From an uncultured Demequinaceae bacterium (GTDB lineage Bacteria > Actinomycetota > Actinomycetes > Actinomycetales > Demequinaceae): a stretch of 64,000 nt of DNA. Below are positions 12,374 to 20,747 of the stretch, in pieces. Numbering within the stretch: the stretch's first letter is position 1; each line of letters starts with the position of its first letter. The translations under genes were made by a program, and so were the position numbers. The stretch spans positions 15,376 through 79,375 of the forward strand of contig CAZSUY010000007.1 in assembly GCA_964610155.1 (NCBI GenBank), read 5' to 3'. The notes beneath the pieces are model-generated. The model did not search any database and was not told the origin of the DNA. It saw only the letters and a program-made list of their open reading frames with translations.

Positions 12374-13842
12374 CACTCTCCAGTGAGCTTCTCTCGAAGG
12401 GCGGCAAGCCGCTCGTCGGAAGCCAGGGTTCCGACCTGGGATTCGGGTTCCTCTTCGACGATTGGAGCCTTGCGCTTCTTCGGGGCCGGGGCGGGCTCGA
12501 TGGCCGCGGCCTCGGCGGCGAATGCGTCCTGCTTGGCGATGAAGATCTTGTGCGCGATCCAACGGTCATGGGCCCGGCCGTAGTCGGCCTCCCACGCCTC
12601 GCGCTGATCCTCGTATCCTTCTCGCCATTCCTGGGTCTCAGAATCGAAGCCCTCCGGGTATTTGTAACTACCCTTCTCGTCATACTCTGCGGTCATGCCG
12701 TATAGGGCCGGGTCGAAGTCCTCACCCTCTGGATCGATTCCCTCATTCGCTTGCTTGATCGAAAGTGAGATCCGTCTTCGCTCAAGATCGATATCGATGA
12801 TCTTGACGAAGACGTCCTCGTCCGCCGACACGACCTGCTCGGGGAGCTCGACGTGCCGCGTTGCCAATTCAGAGATGTGGACGAGTCCTTCGATACCCTC
12901 GAACACGCGGACGAAGGCGCCGAACGGTACGAGCTTGGTGACCTTTCCTGGGACGATCTGGCCGATCGCGTGGGTACGTGCATATACCGCCCACGGATCC
13001 TCCTGAGTCGCCTTGAGCGATAGGGATACCCGCTCGCGGTCCATGTCGATCTCAAGGATCTCTATGTCGACCTCCTGTCCCACATGAACGACCTCACCGG
13101 GGTGATCGATGTGCTTCCACGAGAGCTCCGAGACGTGCACGAGGCCATCGACTCCACCTAGGTCGACGAACGCCCCGAAGTTGACGATCGACGAGACCGT
13201 GCCCTTGCGGATCTGTCCGGGAGCGAGCGCCGTCAGGAAGGTCGAACGAACCTCCGACTGGGTCTGCTCAAGGAAGGCCCGGCGTGACAGGACCACGTTG
13301 TTGCGGTTCTTGTCGAGCTCGATTATCTTGGCCTCGATCTCTTGCCCGATATATGGACCGAGGTCGCGTACACGTCTCATTTCAACGAGAGAGGCTGGCA
13401 GGAAGCCCCGGAGGCCGATGTCAACGATCAGGCCGCCCTTGACGACCTCGATGACGGTGCCAGTGACGATGCCGTCTTCTTCCTTGATCTTCTCGATCGA
13501 GCCCCACGCCCGCTCGTACTGAGCACGCTTCTTTGACAGGATCAGCCGGCCCTCCTTGTCCTCCTTGGTGAGGACGAGGGCTTCGATCGTGTCGCCAACG
13601 GTGACGATCTCGTCGGGATCTGTGTCATGCCGGATTGAAAGCTCTCGAGCGGGAATGACGCCCTCGGTCTTGTAGCCGATGTCGAGGAGGACCTCGTCAC
13701 GATCTACCTTGACGATGACGCCGGTGACGAGGTCTCCGTCGCTGAAGTTCTTGATGGTCGCATCGACGGCGGCGAGGAAGTCTTCGCTCGAACCAACGTC
13801 GTTAAAGGTGATTTGGGTGGATTTAGGAGTGGACGGGGACAT
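12373..13842 (-). CDS. rpsA: 30S ribosomal protein S1
   Basis: 489 aa from MSPSTPKSTQITFNDVG..., with repeated S1 domains (GxVxxxxxxGAFVDLGG-type). It follows the conserved polA-rpsA-coaE-uvrB order. Confidence 0.95.
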   Translation of the reverse strand: MSPSTPKSTQITFNDVGSSEDFLAAVDATIKNFSDGDLVTGVIVKVDRDEVLLDIGYKTEGVIPARELSIRHDTDPDEIVTVGDTIEALVLTKEDKEGRLILSKKRAQYERAWGSIEKIKEEDGIVTGTVIEVVKGGLIVDIGLRGFLPASLVEMRRVRDLGPYIGQEIEAKIIELDKNRNNVVLSRRAFLEQTQSEVRSTFLTALAPGQIRKGTVSSIVNFGAFVDLGGVDGLVHVSELSWKHIDHPGEVVHVGQEVDIEILEIDMDRERVSLSLKATQEDPWAVYARTHAIGQIVPGKVTKLVPFGAFVRVFEGIEGLVHISELATRHVELPEQVVSADEDVFVKIIDIDLERRRISLSIKQANEGIDPEGEDFDPALYGMTAEYDEKGSYKYPEGFDSETQEWREGYEDQREAWEADYGRAHDRWIAHKIFIAKQDAFAAEAAAIEPAPAPKKRKAPIVEEEPESQVGTLASDERLAALREKLTGE

Positions 13843-13944
13843 TGGGGAGTGGGCTCCGATGGATGGATGAATGAATAGGCCGTGTAGATATCGCCCGCCA
13901 TGGTACCGCGGGAAGGCCATCTGCCACAAAAGTACCTAGAAGCG

Positions 13945-14967
13945 TCAAAGACCGCGGATCGCGTCCAGGAGGTCGGCCGGTACCCGTTTGGACTTTCCAG
14001 CCGTCTCCGCAAGGTCGATCATCTCGATCTTCTCTCCATGTAGAGCGGTGAACTTCTGAGACACCCCGGCTGTTGCCGCGTCGATCGCGGCGACCCCCAT
14101 CCGGGTGGCAAGGAGGCGATCCCTCGACGTCGGCGTGCCGCCTCTTTGAACGTATCCCAGGATCGTCAAGCGCGTCTCGAAGCCGGTCCGGTCTTCGATG
14201 GCCCGCGTCACCTGCACGCCCATCTGCTTTGCTATGGGGTTGTCCTTTGCCTCGAGGGCGCCCGTTGGCTCCCAACTGGTGCCCTTCGCTGACACGGCGC
14301 CCTCTGCAACCGCGACGATGGAGAATCCCCGCTTGCGGTGATGCCGATGTTGGATGGCCAGGGCAACCTTGTCGATATCGAAGGGCTCCTCTGGAGCAAG
14401 GATGATGTCGGCTCCGCCGGCGACGCCTGCCGAGACGGCGATCCAACCACAGCGGCGCCCCATGACCTCAACGACCATGACGCGGTTGTGGGACTCTGCC
14501 GTGGAATGGAGCCGGTCGATCGCCTCCGTAGCGATCATCACGGCTGTGTCGAACCCGATTGAGACGTCTGTCCCAGCCACATCGTTGTCGATTGTCTTGG
14601 GAATCCCGATGATCGGGACCCCCGTCTCCCCCACCTTCGAGGCCGCCTTCAGCGTCCCGTCGCCCCCGATACAGATGATCGCATCCAGTTTCTCGACCTC
14701 AACGATCTCTTTCACCCGCTCTAGGCCACCAGGCTCCTTGTGCGGATGGCATCGGGCCGTCCCGAGCATCGTGCCCCCCTGGACGAGGATCCCCGTGACA
14801 TCATTTCGATCGAGGGGGGTGGCGTCTCCGTCGAGGAAGCCCCTCCAGCCATCCCGAAACCCTATGATCGAATGCCCGTGCTCGCTGGCGCCACGTTTGA
14901 CGATGGCCCGAATGGCGGCGTTCAGGCCGGGGCAATCTCCGCCCCCCGTAAGGACTGCTATGCGCAT
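13945..14967 (-). CDS. pfkA: 6-phosphofructokinase (actinobacterial type)
   Basis: 340 aa, MRIAVLTGGGDCPGLNA. The signature residues are GGDGT plus PKTIDND, as I recall for Streptomyces-type ATP-PFK. PPi-dependent enzymes normally carry GGDD. Confidence 0.85.
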   Translation of the reverse strand: MRIAVLTGGGDCPGLNAAIRAIVKRGASEHGHSIIGFRDGWRGFLDGDATPLDRNDVTGILVQGGTMLGTARCHPHKEPGGLERVKEIVEVEKLDAIICIGGDGTLKAASKVGETGVPIIGIPKTIDNDVAGTDVSIGFDTAVMIATEAIDRLHSTAESHNRVMVVEVMGRRCGWIAVSAGVAGGADIILAPEEPFDIDKVALAIQHRHHRKRGFSIVAVAEGAVSAKGTSWEPTGALEAKDNPIAKQMGVQVTRAIEDRTGFETRLTILGYVQRGGTPTSRDRLLATRMGVAAIDAATAGVSQKFTALHGEKIEMIDLAETAGKSKRVPADLLDAIRGL

Positions 14968-15005
14968 GGGACCAGCGTAGCGCCCGGCACTAGATCACCC
15001 GGCGA

Positions 15006-17693
15006 CTAATGTCCTGCCTCTCGCCACGTATCTCCCGTTCCGACGTTGACGTCAAGGGGAACGGAAAGGTCCCCGGCGTCCGCCATCTCCTCCACGAGGA
15101 TCGCCTCGACCCTCTCCTTTTCTCCAGGTGCCACCTCAACCACTAGTTCGTCGTGGATCTGAAGAATCTGGCGGGAAAGAAGGCCCTCTATGTCCAACCG
15201 CCGATCAACCCCGATCATCGCCCGCTTGATGAGGTCGGCCGCACTTCCCTGGATGGGAGCGTTGAGAGCCATCCGCTCGGCCATCTCCCGGCGCTGTCGA
15301 TCATCAGCGGTGAGGTCAGGGTGGTAGCGACGGCGACCGAAGATCGTCTCGGTATAGCCGACCCTGCGGGCCTCTGCTACGACCGACGCCAGGTAGTCGC
15401 GCACTCCGCCGAACCTCGCGTAATAGTCGCCTATTAGGGCTTGAGCCTCCCCGACCGGTGTCCCGAGTTGGCGGGCAAGCCCGAACGGCGAGAGCCCATA
15501 CGCCAGGCCGTACGACATGGCCTTGACCCTGGAGCGCATCTCAGGGGTGACCGCTTCCGGGGGCACTCCGAATACCCGGGATCCGACGAATCTATGAAGA
15601 TCCTCCCCTCCTTCAAAGGCCTCGATCAAGGCCTTGTCCTTGCTGAGGTGAGCCATGATCCGCATCTCAATCTGGCTGTAATCAGCCGTGAGGAGGGTCT
15701 CGTACTCCTTCCCCACGACGAAGGCTTCTCGAATGCGATGACCGTCCTCCGTCCGGATGGGTATGTTCTGAAGGTTCGGGTCGCGCGACGACAGTCGGCC
15801 CGTGGAGGCCACCGTTTGGGAGAAGGTCGTGTGAATGCGGCCATCCGCGCCAATCGACGAGATGAGCCCCTCGATGATCTGGCGCAGCTTGGTTGCGTCG
15901 CGGTGGGCGAGCAGGGCCTCGAGGAAGGGGTGAGGGTTCTTCTCGTACAGTTCGGCGAGAGATGCGGCATCCGTTGTATACCCCGTCTTGATGCGCTTGG
16001 TCTTCGGCATGCCAAGTCTGTCGAAGAGAACCTCCTGCAATTGCTTGGGGGACGCTAGATTCACCTCGACTCCCCCTATGGCGGCGTGCGCCGCCTCCTC
16101 GGCGCGCTCAGCCCTGAAAAGGCATTCCTTGGAACGCTCCTCCAGCCTCGATCGATCGACGGCGACCCCCGTGGCCTCCATTTTCGCAAGCACACCAATG
16201 AGCGGGAGTTCCAGGTCGCGGTAGACCTCCGTCATCCCACGCTCGGAAACCTCTCGCTCAAGTTCCCCGGACAGTCTGGCGACATCTATCGCCTTTCGCC
16301 CCGCGACTTCGGAATCCGATGGACCTAGCCCCAGATCGAGTTCAGCACCAGCTACGGATACTCCGGTGGTGAACCCGAGGTATCGCTGGGTCACGGACTC
16401 TAGATCGAATCGACCCTGATCGGCTTGAACAAGGTAGGCGGCAATCTCCGTGTCCCCATCGATTCCCCCAAGGACGTGCCCACGAGCCGCTAGGGCATGC
16501 CACGCGTCCTTGGCGCCATGAAGCACCTTGGGCACTTGAGGGTCCGCGAGCCACTCCCCAAGAGCGTGATCGTCCTCCTCGTCGATTTCGGTGAGGTCTA
16601 CCCCCCACGCGGAGCCGCCCCCATCGGCGACACCCAAACCCCGAGCGTCGTTGGCGGATTCCCTTCCGACGTACAGGAACGAACGTCCCTTGTGGGACGC
16701 AATTGCCGCCACCGCGCCCTCCAACTCGACCTTCCCCTCTGAATCCTCCTCACCCGCCTCGTCAATGTTGTCCGCCTCGCTCCGGCCCGTCTCCCCTACT
16801 TCGGCGCTCTTCGCGAAGGCGAGGAGCTTCGGTCGGAGGCTCCGGAACTGGAGGGCATCGCAGACGCGTTGGATGGCGTCGGCGTCCCCCCCGGCCCTTC
16901 GGAGGGCGTCGATGCCAAGGGGCAGGTCCAGGTCCGTGACGAGGTGATTGAGTTCCCGGTTGAGCCTGACCTGCTCGATGTTCTCCCGGAGACTCTCCCC
17001 CACCTTGCCCGGGATGTCGGGGGCGGCCTTGAGGATCCCCTCCAGGCCGCCGTAGGCCCCGATCCACTTCGACGCGGTCTTGGGGCCGACGCCGGGGACG
17101 CCGGGCAGGTTGTCGCTGGTCTCCCCCACCAGCGCGGCGAGGTCGGGGTACTGCTCCGGCGTGACCCCGTGCTTCTCCCTGACGGCGTCGGGCGTCATGG
17201 TGTCGAGTTCGGAGACACCCCGTCGCGGGTAGAGCACGGTGACCTTGTCGGTGACGAGCTGAAGGGTGTCCCGATCCCCAGAGACGATGAGGACGTCGAG
17301 CCCGGCCTCCGCTGCCTGCCTGGCATAGGTCGCGATGATGTCGTCCGCCTCGTAGTCGGGCTTGTCGACGACCGGGAGCCCAAGGGCGCCGAGAACGTCC
17401 CGGAGGAGAGGGACCTGAGGGATGAACTCCGGGGGGGTCTCCCCCCGCGTCCCCTTGTACTCGGGGTACCGTTTGGTGCGGAACGTTCCCCCCGGCAGGT
17501 CGAAGGCGACGGCGATGTGTGTGGGTTTACGCCCTTCGACGATGCTGGCGATCATGCTCGCGAAGCCGTATACGGCATTGACGGGCTCGCCCGTGGTGGT
17601 ATGGAAGTTGTCGAGGGGAAGGGCGTAGAAGGCCCGGAAGGCCACGGAGAAGCCGTCGACGAGGAGGAGGGTTCCCTTGTCCGAGTGACTCAC
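15006..17693 (-). CDS. polA: DNA polymerase I
   Basis: 895 aa with an N-terminal 5'-3' exonuclease domain. Polymerase motifs DYSQIEMRIMAH and PIQGSAADLIK are present. Confidence 0.95.
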   Translation of the reverse strand: MSHSDKGTLLLVDGFSVAFRAFYALPLDNFHTTTGEPVNAVYGFASMIASIVEGRKPTHIAVAFDLPGGTFRTKRYPEYKGTRGETPPEFIPQVPLLRDVLGALGLPVVDKPDYEADDIIATYARQAAEAGLDVLIVSGDRDTLQLVTDKVTVLYPRRGVSELDTMTPDAVREKHGVTPEQYPDLAALVGETSDNLPGVPGVGPKTASKWIGAYGGLEGILKAAPDIPGKVGESLRENIEQVRLNRELNHLVTDLDLPLGIDALRRAGGDADAIQRVCDALQFRSLRPKLLAFAKSAEVGETGRSEADNIDEAGEEDSEGKVELEGAVAAIASHKGRSFLYVGRESANDARGLGVADGGGSAWGVDLTEIDEEDDHALGEWLADPQVPKVLHGAKDAWHALAARGHVLGGIDGDTEIAAYLVQADQGRFDLESVTQRYLGFTTGVSVAGAELDLGLGPSDSEVAGRKAIDVARLSGELEREVSERGMTEVYRDLELPLIGVLAKMEATGVAVDRSRLEERSKECLFRAERAEEAAHAAIGGVEVNLASPKQLQEVLFDRLGMPKTKRIKTGYTTDAASLAELYEKNPHPFLEALLAHRDATKLRQIIEGLISSIGADGRIHTTFSQTVASTGRLSSRDPNLQNIPIRTEDGHRIREAFVVGKEYETLLTADYSQIEMRIMAHLSKDKALIEAFEGGEDLHRFVGSRVFGVPPEAVTPEMRSRVKAMSYGLAYGLSPFGLARQLGTPVGEAQALIGDYYARFGGVRDYLASVVAEARRVGYTETIFGRRRYHPDLTADDRQRREMAERMALNAPIQGSAADLIKRAMIGVDRRLDIEGLLSRQILQIHDELVVEVAPGEKERVEAILVEEMADAGDLSVPLDVNVGTGDTWREAGH

Positions 17694-17751
17694 CCTGTCA
17701 ACCTATCCCGCCGGGGTGGGGACCGGGTGGTCCCCCTCCCGGAGCGGATAC

Positions 17752-18594
17752 CTATGGCGCGATCGCTATGCTAACCACCAGCGCGTCGAGCATGGTGATC
17801 GTTGGGTTGAAGGCCCCTGGCGCGGCGGCGTCCAGCTGGCCGACGGCCGTCGTGATGTACGGCTCGTACCCGTCGCTGAACTGCTCCTCCGTCTGACCGC
17901 CGAACCCGGCTAGGTAATCGGCGGGGAGGACAGCGAGGTTGATCGGCAGGATGGCCGAGACCCAGTACTGGCCGTCGCTCGTCAGACCCTGATAGGTGTA
18001 GAACAGGTCGGTGTTGTTGACCGGCACGTAGTACTGGGCATACTCGGTGAGGAAGCGGATCCCGCTGCCGTTCGTGAGCGGGATCACCCCATACCGTGCA
18101 AAGAAGGCCTGGGCCGCTTCGAACTGTGGAAGAAACGGTAAAGGACTGGCGAATGGGCCGGTGAAGACCGGTGCCGAGCCGCCACCCACGAGGGCTTGAA
18201 GGTCCGTGACCCGCTCGGGGAACAATACCGGCAGAACGTCGGCGAAGTCGGCGACGGAGTAGACGGAGATGTGAGCGGTGAAGAAGGTGCCCGAGAGCGG
18301 GTATCCCTGGAGCGTCACGCGAGTGTGCTCGGGGTAGGGTTCGAACTCGTAGGGCGACACAGGGACGGTCTCGCAGAGGGCGCTGGAGGCCAGCGCGGGA
18401 TCGAGGTAGAACGAGATTTCGTTGCAGGTGACGTTGGCCGCGACCCCGGGGGTCTCCGATGGTGTCGGCGATGGTGTACTCGAAGGGGATGGCGTGTCAC
18501 TCGGGGTGACGCTGGGCGAGGCCGGGGACGCTGGGTCGGCGCAGGCGCACAGCACGAGGGACAGGAGGGCGAGGGGCAAGAGCGCGCGTTTCAT
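17752..18594 (-). CDS. secreted/lipoprotein of unknown family (paralog A)
   Basis: Begins MKRALLPLALLSLVLCAC (signal peptide with a lipobox-like LCAC). A Pro/Ser/Thr-rich linker follows, then the conserved CNEISFYLDPALASSALCETVP motif and an aromatic-rich domain. I do not recognise the family. Confidence 0.7.
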   Translation of the reverse strand: MKRALLPLALLSLVLCACADPASPASPSVTPSDTPSPSSTPSPTPSETPGVAANVTCNEISFYLDPALASSALCETVPVSPYEFEPYPEHTRVTLQGYPLSGTFFTAHISVYSVADFADVLPVLFPERVTDLQALVGGGSAPVFTGPFASPLPFLPQFEAAQAFFARYGVIPLTNGSGIRFLTEYAQYYVPVNNTDLFYTYQGLTSDGQYWVSAILPINLAVLPADYLAGFGGQTEEQFSDGYEPYITTAVGQLDAAAPGAFNPTITMLDALVVSIAIAP

Positions 18595-18610
18595 GGAGAC
18601 TCTTTCAGAC

Positions 18611-19459
18611 CTACGGCACGAACGTGATGCTTGAGACGAGGACATCGAGGTCCGCGATCAGCGGCTCAAACGTCCCGGGAGGTTGCGTGTTGAGCTGCTG
18701 GACGACGTTCGCCCAGTACGCTTCGACGTCCGCCTCGAACTGAGCCCACGTCGCATATCCGGCTGGGAGGGTGCTCCCGTCGTCGACGAGGATCGTGTTC
18801 CGAATCGGCAGGAACGCCGACACCCAATACTGGCCGTCCGCGGTCAAGGCCTGGTAGGTGTATTTGGTCTCGTAGTTGGAGATGGGCGCGGCGTCATAAC
18901 CCATTCTTGTGACGAAGCGAATCCCGACGCCATCGGCGAACGGGAGCACCCCGTACTGGGCGAAAATGCTCGGCATCCCACCCAGGTCGGGCAGAGTCGG
19001 AAGCTCAAACCCTGAGGTTGGGTACACCGGCGGCGTGGCTGAACTTATCCAACCCTGAAGGTTCGCGACATCCATGGGGATCTGGGTGGGCCTGAGGGCG
19101 GTGTAGTCAGCGACCGACATGACGTAGATCCTCGCCTCATAATCCCCTCCGGACCACAGGTAGCCCACCAAGGTGATCACGGTCATTTCCGGATGCGTAT
19201 ACACCGGCCCGGTCTCGGCCGGGACGGTCTCGCAGAGGGCGCTGGAGGCCAACGCCGGATCGAGGTAGAACGCTATCTCGTTGCAGGCGGCGTTCGTCGG
19301 GGTCGTTGACGACGCCGATGGTGTGGGCGACGGGGCGGTCGACGAGGTTGGCGTCGACGATGACGGTGTCGCGGACGGGCTCGGTGTGGCGGGCCCCGAA
19401 GGGCCGCAGGCGCAGAGCAAGAAGGACAGGAGGGCGAGGGGGATGATTGAGCGTTCCAT
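18611..19459 (-). CDS. secreted/lipoprotein of unknown family (paralog B)
   Basis: Begins MERSIIPLALLSFLLCAC, then a P/S/T linker and CNEIAFYLDPALASSALCETVP. It aligns with paralog A along its whole length (YTYQ.LT.DGQYWVSA.LPI). The 75-codon upstream extension in the track was rejected. Confidence 0.7.
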   Translation of the reverse strand: MERSIIPLALLSFLLCACGPSGPATPSPSATPSSSTPTSSTAPSPTPSASSTTPTNAACNEIAFYLDPALASSALCETVPAETGPVYTHPEMTVITLVGYLWSGGDYEARIYVMSVADYTALRPTQIPMDVANLQGWISSATPPVYPTSGFELPTLPDLGGMPSIFAQYGVLPFADGVGIRFVTRMGYDAAPISNYETKYTYQALTADGQYWVSAFLPIRNTILVDDGSTLPAGYATWAQFEADVEAYWANVVQQLNTQPPGTFEPLIADLDVLVSSITFVP

Positions 19460-19559
19460 GGCGTTTCCTTCCGAACGAGGCTCAGTATCCTCCAAGAATC
19501 CCACCTCCGCAGGTCGAGTTCCTTTGGACTTATGGCCGACACATGCCAACCTATCCCCT

Positions 19560-19973
19560 ATGGACAACGAATTGGCGGCGATTCTCTCGAACTTACCGCC
19601 GGGCACCCTCATCGAACGGCTCGGGATAGAGGTGACCGAGGTATCCGCGTCTCGGGTGGTCGGAACCATGCCCGTCGAGGGCAACCTCCAACCTCACGGC
19701 CTGCTTCATGGGGGAGCCTCGGCAGCCCTCGCCGAGACCCTCGGCAGCCTAGGGGCGAAGGCCCATGCCGGAAAGGGCATGATCTCCATGGGGGTCGACC
19801 TCTCGATTACCCACCATCGGGCCGTGGCCGACGGGCGTGTCACCGGTGTCGCCACGCCCCTCTACACGGGAAGAACGACGGCCACCTACTCCATCGAGAT
19901 CCTGGATGACGAGGGAAATAGGGTCGCAACAGCGCGCCTTACCTGTGCGATCCGCCCTCTTCCAGCCGACTAA
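19560..19973 (+). CDS. PaaI-family (hotdog fold) acyl-CoA thioesterase
   Basis: 137 aa, MDNELAAILS...LHGGASAALAETLGS...TATYSIEI, typical of PaaI/YbdB-type thioesterases. It makes a convergent 4-nt overlap with pdtaR. Confidence 0.8.
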   Translation: MDNELAAILSNLPPGTLIERLGIEVTEVSASRVVGTMPVEGNLQPHGLLHGGASAALAETLGSLGAKAHAGKGMISMGVDLSITHHRAVADGRVTGVATPLYTGRTTATYSIEILDDEGNRVATARLTCAIRPLPAD

Positions 19974-20620
19974 TGCTTGTCCTTCGGCCCCATCTGTTCG
20001 ATGACGGCCTCGGCGACCTCCCGCATGGTTAGGCGCCGGTCCATCGATGTCTTCTGAATCCATCGGAAAGCCTCTGGCTCGTTGAGCCTCATCTTCTCCA
20101 TGAGGAAACCCTTTGCCCGCTCGACCTTCTTGCGAATCTCCATGCGCTCTGTGATGTCAACGATCTCTTCCTCAAGGGCCTTGATCTCAATGAATCGTGA
20201 TCGCGCGATCTCGACTGCAGGGATGAGGTCGGCCGGGGTGAAGGGCTTGACGACATAGGCCATGGCCCCGGCGTCCCTCGCCCTTTCAACAAGATCGGTC
20301 TGCGAAAACGCGGTCAGGATGACGACAGGGGCAAGGTGCTCGTTCGCGATGTGCTCCGCCGCGGTGAGCCCGTCCATGACTGGCATCTTGATGTCCATGA
20401 CGACGACGTCCGGGTGATGCTCTCGCGTGAGGGCGACTCCCTCCTCGCCGTTTGCGGCCTCGCCCACGACTTCGTATCCACCCTCCTGAAGGGTCTCGAC
20501 GATGTCCATACGAATGAGCACCTCGTCCTCAGCGACGACGGCCCGCCAAGCGACCTTGACATCCTCGGGCTTGGCCTCGGCGTCTTCTGCCTCGGCCACG
20601 GGTTCCTGTGGCTCGGTCAC
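19970..20620 (-). CDS. pdtaR: ANTAR-domain response regulator (PdtaR-like)
   Basis: Receiver domain (VVAEDEVLIRMD...VVVMDIKMP...KP) followed by an ANTAR domain (RKKVERAKGFLMEKMRLNEPEAFRWIQKTSMDRR). The start is set at GTG 20620 because the longer ORF would run into the tRNA at 20642. Confidence 0.85.
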   Translation of the reverse strand: MTEPQEPVAEAEDAEAKPEDVKVAWRAVVAEDEVLIRMDIVETLQEGGYEVVGEAANGEEGVALTREHHPDVVVMDIKMPVMDGLTAAEHIANEHLAPVVILTAFSQTDLVERARDAGAMAYVVKPFTPADLIPAVEIARSRFIEIKALEEEIVDITERMEIRKKVERAKGFLMEKMRLNEPEAFRWIQKTSMDRRLTMREVAEAVIEQMGPKDKH

Positions 20621-20641
20621 AGGCGATAGCCTAGTACTCCC

Positions 20642-20715
20642 GCCCCGATAGCCCAACCGGCAGAGGCAAACGGCTCAAACCCGTTCCAGTGTGGGTTCGA
20701 CTCCCACTCGGGGCA
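20642..20715 (+). tRNA. 74-nt tRNA, anticodon CAA (Leu codon UUG) with class-I (5-nt) variable loop; atypical
   Basis: Hand fold: acceptor GCCCCGA/TCGGGGC (7 bp); D-arm GCC-CAACCGGCAGA-GGC; anticodon stem AACGG/CCGTT with loop CTCAAAC; variable loop CCAGT; T-arm GTGGG-TTCGACT-CCCAC; discriminator A. CCA is not encoded. The ESNP signature appears in the antisense ORF 20617..21138. Confidence 0.8.
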
Positions 20716-20747
20716 CTCGACGCGACGGACAAGTGTCACGCTACGTG

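Noticed and set aside
12374-12562. Long N-terminal extensions offered by the ORF track (coaE here; likewise uvrA to 8344, rpsA to 13929, gltB to 32646, HAD to 48572, TerC to 9721, lipoprotein B to 19684)
   Set aside because: The extensions are Arg/Gly/Pro-rich, overlap the upstream gene or a tRNA, and precede the point where family N-termini normally begin. Internal ATG/GTG starts give canonical N-termini and classic ATGA/GTGA couplings.
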